The position numbers were made by a program, and so were the translations under genes. Below are positions 25,901-37,900 of a stretch of DNA of 64,000 nucleotides, in pieces. The DNA lies in NCBI GenBank assembly GCA_965202585.1, contig OZ241834.1, positions 31,806,001-31,870,000 on the forward strand. The letters run 5' to 3'. This DNA comes from Thalia democratica (lineage: Eukaryota). The notes under the pieces were generated by a model. The model did no database searches. It was not told where the DNA came from and was given only the letters and a program-made list of their open reading frames with translations. Position 1 is the stretch's first letter, and the number at the start of each line of letters is the position of its first letter.

Positions 25901-28900
25901 GATTAAATTGTGGTATTTTTCTATAAAAGTGTATGTTTCTAAGTATATTTTTATTAATTTATCACACGTATCTGTGTTTGAATGATAATTTAGTTTTCAC
26001 ACGCATTACTTATTTTTTAATGTTTGAAATGTTTTCCAACTAGTTGTAAAAGGTCGAAAAACATAAATTTATTTCCCTTTTTTTTATTCTTTTCAACTTC
26101 TTTTTAACTTATTCGTCCTTACTTGTTTTGATTGTTTGTATGCAGTTGTATTATATTTGTATGAATAATTTTTCAAATGACTCTTTGTTGTCTTTTACTT
26201 TACCGTATTAATAAAAACATTTTAAACAAATTAAAAAAAAACTGTTGGTTGTTTATGTACACGAAGAGCTATTATTACTAAATCAAATTTAAGCTGTGGT
26301 TTTACTACTAGGTTCTACAACGACTATAATTCTATTATAGCCAATTCTTTCAAAGCGTGTTTAACACGTAACGAACCGGTTCTGAAATTTAACAAGAACG
26401 AACTTTTCAGTTCCATATTTTAAAATATTCGGCCATATGTTGGGGTGGTGTAGTTATAATTGATTTTAATTCTTTTTATTGCAAGCGTATAACAATATTT
26501 AACACATAGGCAGTTCTAAAAATAACATAAAATTTAACGAACTTTTCAGGCCATATTTTGGGGTGGTGGAATTATAGTCGATTTTAATTTTTTTTATTTC
26601 AATATATAATTACATTTAACACGTAGGCAGTTCTGAAAGTCAACAAAAACGAACTTTTCAGGCCATATTTTGGGGTGGTGGAGGACGCAGATGACGTGCA
26701 GCTTCCTGCCGCAGTCGGTGCAACCCACGAAATCCTCCAAGTCCAGCCGGTCGTTCTTCACCTTCTTGAACTGAGACTTGGGAATCGTCCTGTTGAACGT
26801 TTTATTTTTTCTTAAATACAGGTGTACATATGATTCAGCGTAGTGTTAAGATAAAACTTAAAATACAAACTTGAAAACCAAAAGACTTAAAATGTAAAAT
26901 TGAATCGTTTAAACACTTATGAAAAAGTTTTAACTTACTGGAAATCAAAACGTATAAAATCGAAATAAAGTTGTTTTAAAATTACTTTTAAAAATAATGA
27001 GTTGGTATTTATTATTACAATTAGAAGTCATTGCATTGAAACTAAAGTGCTGATACAAGTTTTATTTTTTACCATTTTTTATTTAAAATTTTTAAGAACA
27101 AAACAAGATCCCATAGCCAATAGTCAAAAAAAATATAAAGTATAAGTTATATAGTACACAGTTTAATTTACTTGAAATCAATGCATGTTAATCATAAATC
27201 TTTGCATTAACTCTATTTCAATTTATATAAAACCCCTAAACCTTTTAACGCCACCGGTTTTACAATCTTATTATTGAACTTTTTAAAATAAATTTAATTT
27301 GGTATTTGTAATTTTAAACAGAACAAAACTTTTTACCTTTTAACGCCACCGGTTTTACATACTAATTATTGAATTTTTCAAAAACTAATTTAATTTTGTT
27401 TTTCTAATTTTTAACAGAACAAAACTTTTTACCTTTTAACGCCGCCGGTTTCTTCGTTCAGCGGGACCTGGTCGCCCTGCACATCTTTGAAGCACTTCTC
27501 GCAGAAGTCGTACCGCTGCTCGCCGCCCGGCTGGCTCGCCTTCGGCCTGCACGTGTAGTAGGTGGCTCCCGTCTGTATCGTGCACAGCGCCTTGCCGTAG
27601 CAGCACAGGTTCATAGGGGAGAATTCCAACTGTGTGAGTGAAAGCAAAACGTTTACAGAAATCTCAGAGTACTGATAATTGAGTTTTGAAAGCATGTTAT
27701 GTGGAACAAAATTTTCAATCTAAACAATTATCTGATGTTTTTTATCAAAAATTACAAAATTTCCAACAAACAATAACTTTATAAAAAAAATTTGTAGTAG
27801 TAAGCTACTGTACCAGCTACAAAAATAAATCTCAAAATGTATCATTTCATAAAAATATTGCATGTAACACGCAACACAAACCAACCCTCTGCCCGCAGCA
27901 GTAGCCCATCTCCTTCATCACCGGGTCGATCTTGGCCTGGAACACGTCCTTCAATTTCGTGCAGAACTTGTACACCCTGCTCGTCTTCCTGTTGTACAGC
28001 CACGCGTTGTGGAACATAAGCCAGCAGTCGTCGATGAACGCCCACGGCTCCTTGTACTCGCCGCCTCTTAATTTCTCGCCGATGGTCCTCAGGTCCATGG
28101 GCTTCTTCACCACCTCGTGGTAGTCCTGTGAGGTGTTGGGGGAATTTTTGTTTAAAACGCTTTGCAAAATTGTTAAAAAGGTGTGTTTTTCTATCTAGGT
28201 TGGAAAGATCACAACCTTAATAAAAGATTTTTATACTTGTACCTTACTTATAATCTACCTAATCTTTTTATAAGAGCAATTTTTTGATAAGTTTTAAAAA
28301 AAATAAGCCAAATTAAAAAACGAAAGAATCTGTTAAAATTAATCTCGTCCAAATAGATCTAATTTAAGTTGTTTACAAAACAAAATCTCACAGGAATTTG
28401 AAGTTTTATCGGGTCGACGGGCTCCTTGAAAGGGTTGGCGTCGGGCTCGGCGTTGAACATGATTTCCCAAATCGGCAACAGTTTCGCCTTCACCTCTTCC
28501 AACGACAAAACTGAAAAAGTTTTAAGTTTACAAACGTTCACGATCACAAGTATAAAATTATAAGTTGGAAACTTGATTGTCGTATTACAAAATATCTCAC
28601 CGTTGAATTTGATATCTTTGGTTGAAGAAGTGGAGTTCACCGAAGGTTTTCTTTCTTTCACCTGAGCCGCCGCTTGACTTACCAGCTCCGCTGTTTTCTG
28701 TTTTGTATTTTTATTTTATTAAAAAATTTATTCTTATAAACCTTATAAACAATTTTTCTGTGCTATAATTAAGTTAATTTCAAACTGTCTTTATGAATAA
28801 AAAGGATTTCAAATTAATTTTGAAGCAATACTGAAACTGATACTTTATGTTTAACCGAGTAAAACAGTGATCAATATTCAACGCGCTACCTTCACGATGA

Positions 28901-31900
28901 GCTTGTTGTCGCTCATCTTCCTCTTGGCCGCCTGGCTCTGGCCGCCGTTCTGAGCCTGGCTCTTGTCTTGCCCTTGCGTCCACGCGTCCGGCTTCTCCTG
29001 CTTCATCTGCTGCTGGCTGGCCTGGATGGCGCTGCTCAGCCCCTGGCCGCTCATCTGCTTGAAGTCCTGCGGCTCCGTCTTGATGTACCTCTGGTTGGGG
29101 TTGAGCTGCTGAGGACCGTTGGGTCTCATCGCCTGGTTCATGTTCTGCCCCGGCTGGGTGGCTACCATCCCTTGCTGTCCGAACATCTGCGATGGCAAAT
29201 GTCATTTTACCAATGTTCGTAAAGATTGCTAGAAAACTTTTAAGAATATTTTTTGGTTATCAAAATGGGAAAATGTAAACAAAATGACGAGTAAATTTAA
29301 GTCACTTTGAAGGGTGTACGTTGTACAGACTTGTTTTAAATTTTAGTGGAGAATTTTCAAGTCTTGAACGATTTTGAAACAAACAAAGAATTAACTTGCA
29401 ATAAAGTTTTTAAGGTCATGAGCCTGTTTTTATTGAAACAGGTGTGGTCGAAACGACTCAGTGTTGAGAAAATTTTTAATAATGCGATTAATTTAAACTA
29501 AAAAATATTAGATGTATAAAAAAACAATCTTTACATTTGTCGAAGTGTTTTGATGGTTCAAGTTTCCGTTGATGTTGATCTGGTTTATGTCTGGCTTCTG
29601 GTCTTTCGCGGTTATGATCTGCGAGGCGGTGATGAACTGCAAAACAAACGTTAACATTAGACAAAAAATAATTATTTTAAAACAGTTTGAATTGAAGTAA
29701 AAGAAATTTTGTAAACTTTTCCACTGTTTAACCATGAACTGACTTTTTCCATGGTTGCGGAAATTTCCTGCTTGACGCCCCCGTTCTGCTGGGGTGGCAG
29801 CGAGCCGTTTGGCTGGTACAAGAAGCTCGTATTGCTTATGGCGCTGTCCGACGAAGTCGAAGACACTCCGGCTGCGGAAAGAGTGTTGAATTAACTTGTG
29901 TTGTTAAAACTTTTCAAAATTGCTTTGAAACTCAGGTACTCTTGTGTATTGGCTAACATTGTTTGAAACGTTTAAAAAAAGTTTTGCGTTGATAAAATGC
30001 AGAGCTTTCAACTTTGAACGACTTTCGATTTTTGAATTTTTTTTAGTGAAAAAAACTCGCTTTGAAACTTTTTTTAGCGCAGAATATTTTTTATCAACAA
30101 AATTTTCAAACGTCGTTGAGTTCTCGGTCTAAATAAACTTACAATAAAATAACAAATAAAAAGTTGCAACTCACGAATTCCCTGGGGCCTGCTGATGCGG
30201 CGCTTCTCTTCCAGCTCCTTTTGAATTTTGTAGATCTTTTCCGCCAGCAGGTGAAGGTACTCCAGCTGTAAACATAATTAAGTTTTTATAAAAGTGAACA
30301 AACCTAATTTCTGATTTTTTCTATATTTGATTATTTTTAGTTTATTTGATCAAAACTTAAAACAAATCAAAAGTTTTAATAAGGACTTAAAATGTTTTGG
30401 TAATAGTATACAAATTAAACTTTAAGAAGTTTCTTACTATGTGATTAAATCATACTATTCTAAAATTTGCTGCTTGCAGAGTTGCCACTCGTATTTTCAA
30501 ATTTTTTTCCAGGTTTTCAAAATTTCTTCCAGGTTTTTAAAAGTACACATTTTTGGGTCTATTTTTAGTTTAAAGTTAAGTTTAAGGTAAGAAACTGTGT
30601 TAAATAGTATAAAACATCGAAAAGATATTGTAAAGCTACATTTTTTTTTTTTTTATGATGACAAAAAACTTTATTTATATGATACATTTTTTGAGTCGAA
30701 TCCAAATCTTACTATTGAACATATGAAAATTGTCAAATTCTAGGTTTTTCCAGGATTCCAGGTAAAGTGGCAACCCTGTGCTTTGTATTCAAAAAAACAT
30801 TTAGTTTCCTTCTTGGGACAGCAAACAACTTTTCGATCTAATCCAAACTTTATATAAAATTTTACACAAACCCTGGAGTCGGCCTGCTCGTACATGGAGG
30901 TCTCCACTTTCCTGGCAAACGCTAATAGCTTCACCATCCGCGTGTCGTTGCTCGACACCTTGTCGGGCTTCGGGAAGATGTTTTTCACTCTGCAATATAT
31001 GAGCACATGCGAAGAAAAATAATTGAACGTTGTGAATTAAAACGAGTTTCAGTAATCTTTTTATTAAAAACTTTTTAAGCTCAAGTCCGCATGACTTGCT
31101 GATCAAATTTATAAAGAAATATTTTTTGGAAAAATTTTAAATTTAAATTATTATAATTTTTAATGAAAGCTTTTTAAAAAAGCTGAATTTTTAATAATAA
31201 ATGTTTTTGTTTAATTAAACGAAACTGAAACGTGTTTTAATAAATTTATATGAGTATCAGCTATATATCTTACTAACACAAACAAATTATGAAAATCAAA
31301 AAAAATTCTTAATACTTAATTACATTAAAGGTTTAAACATCAATTCTTTTTTACTCTGGTTTGTTTTTGTGGAGCCTATGTCATTATTTAGTTTAAATTT
31401 TTATAAAATTTATTACATATTAGTTGCACAACAAAAAACCCTGATGCTTATTAAATATATTTTCTTTTTTATTTACAAAATTTTGTTATTTTTTAATTAG
31501 AAGATTTTTTTAGTTTCTGAAAAAAGAGCAATTAAAAACCGTTAAATTTCGTGTAGTAAACTTTATTTATGTCGTACTAATAAATTATACATAAATTGAA
31601 AAATTAATTACTGATTTTAAAGGAATCTTTGAACTGAAACAGGTAAGTTATACTGTGTCGAGAAGGGGTTAGAAACAAAGAAACAATTTGTGTTTAAATA
31701 AAGAACGCGTTAATGCTGATTGAATCAAAAAATACCAACTGTGTATTGCAACACCATAAGCATGCATTTAAATTATTAAAAAAAGTAAAACAGAAAGCAC
31801 AAAAAACCCGAGACAAATAAAAAAACGAGTATGATGGCTTCGATACGCACACTTTTGAACGAATAAACCTAGTTTTAATTTACGCGTCTGCTTTTACCAT

Positions 31901-34900
31901 TTAAGTGCTAGTTCTACAAGCACTGTCAATATATTAAAATTATCAATACACATATACACAACTATTCAAAATATAAATTTAAGCGTTTGCTAACAAAGAT
32001 CCTAGCGAAACAAGTTCGGTGGAACATTTAAAAAAAATAAATTTAAACAGTACCCTTTTATATTGTACTTTATAAGTCAATATAGATATATATATGTAAT
32101 TTATAGCGAGCAGTTTACCTTCCCTTGCCGCTCTTCTCATAATAGTCTTCAGTCAGCTTTCGTCGGAAGGTGGTGTCTCTGATAAAAGGCCAGGTATATT
32201 GGGTTTATTGTTCGTCATTTTTTAAACAGTTAGTTAATTTTTTTTATGTAGTTGTACGTTTTTTTCTAATGATAAACTTAGGTAAATTGTAACTCTAAAA
32301 AATTTAAATATTACTAATTAGTTAATCATTTTATGTATTTTCTAAATAATAAAATTTTTTAAGCAATTTTAAATTTTTTGGTCAGCTAATAAAAAAATTG
32401 AATTAGCTTTTTACTCATAGAGAATTAAAAGTTGTTTTTTCGTGCTAATAACGTTTTTTTCATCAAATATTAATCTGCGAGAAACTGATATTTTATCCTT
32501 GTAACAAAGCGTTGAACTCAATTTCAATTCAAAGGTTTTTATTTCAATTTTTGTTAGGACATACACAGTAAACTAGCTTTTCTGTAGAAAAAAACGTTTT
32601 CTTAAAAACTGGTTAATTACTCATCTAAATTGTTAAAAAATACTCGCAGAACTAACACTTAACTTATACTCGAGTCTCAAAACAAGCATGGTTAGTTGTT
32701 TTGTTTTATTTTTGTTAAACATCACACTAAAATTAATGCATCCGATGAAGCCTACGCTAAAAATCACTCTATTCAAATTTGGCATGCCAGATGATGTACA
32801 CTACTTACTAATACTTGACTACAAAAATTGTTAAAAAAATATTCAAACTGCATTTTTGCTACTGTTTTCATTAGAGAACTTTTATGTCGAGATACTAAAC
32901 AACAAAATCCAACTAGTACTTTTGGTTTCATGATACACTGAATCATATTGTATTTATAAGGCATTATGATGTATAAACATTAATTCAATAATTCACAGCT
33001 TCATACCAAACTAATTAATTCAAAAATAAAACTGCACTAGATAATGATAGCTATTTTTTAACAAATCGCATACGCTTTAAACTTAGAATTTGATTGGAAA
33101 TATTAGTGATGATAGTTATTTTATTGATAATGTCATAATGTTATAACAAATGTTTAATATCTTTTTAGTTAAGGTTTAAACACAAAAAAAAATTGCAGAA
33201 ATTTTTACTTTAGAAATAATATAACAAATTGTAGAACTTTTTTTGACGAGTTAAGAATTGTATGAAGTTTTAAATCGAATCATTAACTTACAATGAATTT
33301 GAAACTAACAAATGCTGTACTATAATAGAAATAATATTAGCTCAATGAATTGAATTATACTTGAAAATTACTGTATGCAAATACTTATTAACATATTGAC
33401 AATACAATTTTTCCGTATACAATAGGATTACTTATATCTCAACCTAATCAACTTAACAAGATAATTTTTCTTTTAATTTCTATTTTATTTTTTAAACAAT
33501 TTTACTCAAGTAAACATTACCGATTTATTGTTTTTAAACCAAAAACTCAACCCTGCCAGAAGCTAAACAAACATTCTACATTTACAAGATTGCCACTCAT
33601 TTCAATTATCGTTATTCTAATGAGTTTGTGATTTACCCACTCACTTTCGAAAAAAACTGCAGCTAGAGCAGTTCGATCGATAATTTTACTTAAGGCGAAA
33701 GTTGAGGTTTGAAAAAACATGCTTGGTAAAACACGCTCGCTGAACCGCTGCAGCTAATTTAAATGTTAAAGTTTGTTGTAACAACTATTTTTATGAGAGC
33801 ACAGTTTGTATATATGTTGGTAACAATTTAATTGTTGTACTTGGTTAAAAAACTAAAGCTAATTTTGGAAACTTCAAAAAGTATAAGTTTTCACGGTTTA
33901 AATTAAGAATTTTACTTATTATTAAAATGTATACTGGAATTAAAAACTATTTTAAGCCGCTATTTATTTATAAAAATTGTTTTTTTTTTTTACTTTTTGA
34001 AACATTTTTGTAATACTCATTCGATACATTTTTTTTAATTACAAGTTTTTCAAAGAGTATCAACCTTAAGGAAAGAATGGCAACCCTGTATAAACCAAGT
34101 ATAACTAATATTGTTATGGATTCGAACCATAAATATTCTTAATTGTTAAAAAACTACTTTAACTAACACCAACTACTAAAACTAAACGCTTATTTTGTTT
34201 GTTGTCTAATACAATGTTAAGCTCACTATGTTCTTAATCAAACGCTTTTTAAAACTAACACAACAATCCTGAACAAACTATTTTTTCTACCAAACTGCAA
34301 TATGAACCAACTGATGAACGAAAAATGAAAGCACGAAAAGTTGTTGAAACGTTGTGAAAAAAAAAACAACTGCAAACGCTTGATAAAAAGCGCTCAACAA
34401 TCTTTAAATTGAGTTTGCGTCGCCAGCAAAATCACATTCAGTAAGCAAGAGGCGTTAAGCACCAGTAAAAAAGAAGAAAAAAAATATGTTGTTCTCTTTT
34501 CTCTGTTCGCATACCATGCAACGCGAGAGAGAGAAAAAAGAACGCAAACACAGAAAAAAATCAAAAAAAAAAGCTGAAGGGAAAAAAGTTGTTTTAAGCT
34601 CGCTTGTGTGATGCTTTTTTCTGCACGCAGGGCTGCCACAAACAAAAGCGCGATATTTTCGCGAATTGTCTCGCGCACTGAAATCAAATCGATCAGCCGA
34701 CGTCTCGCGACTCTCAACTGCTTTTTTCTTCTCGCGAGCGGAAATTTTCACTCCGGCTCGCCTCGCGCCGACGAGAAAACAACTTTATGGTAAAAAATTA
34801 AACAGATATTTAGTTTTGTAAAAAAAACTTCCTTTAACTCGTATTGCGAATTAATTTTAAATATCGGGCTTTAATTCAAATTATAAAGCTTTGAAAAATT

Positions 34901-37900
34901 TAAAGTTTAACTCATTTAATTTTGACGAAAAAATTAAATTGCACTTCTTATTAAAATCAATCCACCAAACCGATTTTTTTCAACCACCGTCTGTTATTAA
35001 TTTTTCTTGAACAAACGCGAAAAACTTCGTTAACTTTTCGCACTCGCTTGACTTTTGTGCTTACACGTGTGTGGCAACCCTGATAACATTTATATATATG
35101 TAATACAATCAAAACTTACAGCTTGTTGACGAGGTAACTCCTCAGTTCAGCGGCAACTTCCTGGTGCCACGGCTTCGTTATTTTCGGCGACATTATTTTC
35201 TCACTGCAACGTTTGTAGTAAATAAACAGCAATAGTATCATATTTTGCACTGTACACGCAGAACATTAAGATAAACCTAATAACTTTTATCAACTCGCAA
35301 TTGCTACGCCAGTTTATTTTCTCACTACACAATTCGAGCATCAAGTAAATAAACTGGTGTGGTAATCGAGTGTGCATTTTTACTTTTTTATATATGAGCT
35401 TGGCAAAAGAACACAGGTACGGCTTGTTTGTTTAACTCGATAATTTTCTCACTACAATTAGCATACAGTAGTTGTACAGGTTAGTTAGAAATATGCTACT
35501 CAAAGGTACGTGTGAGTTTTATACTTTGTAATCTGATTTTAAGCTTTTTGTAGCATGAATACTTGCTGTTTCGATCAACAAAAACATATAGGTTAAAAAA
35601 AATTGATTTAGTTTTTCTTGATCGAAACAGCAAGCATGTATACTAAAAGTTGTGTTTTAAATTAATTCATAGCGCAAAAACCATGAATTTTACTTTTTGT
35701 TTTATTAAGTTGTAAGAACTTTTTCCATACAGTTTAATTTATAATTTATTTAGCTTGAAATAGTTTTATTTAATTCTAAATATAAACTTTTCTTCAATTT
35801 ATTAAAACTAGACTTTGATTTTTTTACAATTTAGTTGAAATATAAGTGAAACAAAAAGCTGCATCAATAATTTATCAGTTTTTGAATTTTTCAAACAATT
35901 ATCCGACAATTATCGTTTCTCATGCCATTTTATGAAACAGAAATGATCGGATTAAATACTATTTATGATTTAAAAGCTTACTTACTTTTTTTTAACATCA
36001 GTATAAGCTTTTATCATATTTTTATCAGTTTTTGAATTAAAATATATTTCTCTAAAACTTTTTGTAATTAAAAAAAAACATATTCAAAACCTTCAGTACA
36101 AGTTTGTTAAAAATTAATAATCATCTGCTCGTAAAAAAAATTAAAACTTACGACAAATCGCTTGAAGTGCCAGCCGCCTGCCTTGGTATATTTGCTTCCG
36201 TTTTCACATCTGATAAAAATATTGCACTTAAAATAAGTAAAGTCTTTCAACCGAGATATTTCAAATAGATAGAACTAAATAAATATTAAAATTCAGAGAC
36301 ACATTTTGAAATGCTAACAGGAACTACTGAAAACAAACTAAAATTTGAAAAGTATCCAAAGTTTATGACCTTAATAAATTAATTTAAGATCAGCAACTAT
36401 TAAAGACAAAAAGGACTAAATCGACTAAAAGTAAAAAGAACTCTACTTAAAAAAAAAAATGATAAAAACTGCGTGATCTTCAAGTTTATAATAAAGGACA
36501 TAGGAGGTAAAAGATTTCTAAAACTAATTTATTGAGCTTTGAAAAAAGTTAAGTAATTTTTGTGATGTAACAGATTTAAGTTGGATAGTTAAATATGTTC
36601 CTTACGTACGGAAACTATAACAGTGAAAAATTTTCAATATCCAAATTATAATGAAAAATTCAATATTTTGTTGTTGTTAGTTATCTCATGTTCTTTAACT
36701 TTTTTTTTTAATTAAAAAAAGTATTGCATTAGTGACAAAAAAATATTAAATTATCAACTCAGACTAAAGTATACTTTTAGCTTTAAATATGACCCCGTAT
36801 GACCTTTAGAACATCTCCATAAATATATTAAACACTAAAAGTGGGTAATTAAACGAGATGAACTGATTTAGTTGTAAATATTTTTTTAGTAAATTTATGT
36901 TGAACAAAAAAAAACTGGCGAAAGATTTTTTTTAATTTAACCTCTCCCGTGACCTCAAAAACACCCAAAAATTCAAACATCAACAAACTTGTGGCGGGTT
37001 CGTACGACGAGGTCAGCCCCAGCACGTGGTGAACCTGCGATGTGGACAGCTTCTCCTGCTGCTGCTGCTGCATCACGCTCGTCGAGCCGTTGCCGTTGCT
37101 CTGCTGCGCCACGTGCAGCTCCCCGCCCATCGAGCCCTGGTTCATCTGCCCCGGGATGATCCTGGGCGCCATCCTCTCCTGCTTCTGCTTGAGCGGGTGG
37201 CAGACGGAGCAGTCGTTGCGCTTGCACTGCTTCCAGTGGGCGATTATTTGGCGGCTGGATGCGCAGTGCGCCACTGGAGACGGGAGGATTAGAGTGAGTG
37301 AACAAAAATTAATAAAAAGCTAAGGAATTTTATTTTTATAACTGTGCTGCAGGAGCTTTAATTAATAAAAAAATTTAAAATAAAAAAATTGGGTTTGAAT
37401 AAAAGAATTTTTTTTATAGTTTGATTGAAAAGAAACTTTTATAGATATGTTACAAACAAAACCGTTAATCTTTTTCTATTATACTTTTTTTTTTGGTTTT
37501 AAAACAAAAACGATAAACCCAAGAAAAAATTTATTTTTTATATCAAATCTCGTAAATCGTAAAAGGCTTTCATTAGAATCATCGAACCGTCATAGACTAA
37601 TGGAACGCTTTTGCATCCGGTCTTGTACATCCAGGCCATGATTCGTTGAAAGTAACCGCACGACGCAAATGGCGGACAGACTTTGTGTGGTTGTACAAAA
37701 TGTATTTGTTAATTGAATGATTCAGACATTGTTGTTAACATTTCAATTTAGTTTGTAAAAAACTCAACAAAGAAAGAAAATTTGTGTGTAATAAAGAAAA
37801 AAAAATATTTTTTTTGTTTACAGTTTTTACAAATATTTTTTACGCACAAAACCTGTTGTTAGTGTGAAAAAAATTATTAAAAATATTTTGTTTCAACTAC

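Noticed and set aside
26390-27455. Spaced direct repeats as a CRISPR-like array
   Set aside because: Eukaryotic intron; whole units including the spacers are homologous tandem duplications of a splice junction
28670-28697. Strong internal GTAAGT donor 15 nt into exon 15, and a second acceptor 7 nt downstream
   Set aside because: Neither fits the phase-1 start of the bromodomain exon; the second acceptor gives TAA within four codons
34305-34350. CTGATGA...GAAA hammerhead-like string
   Set aside because: No stem II or stem I pairing, no UH site in register
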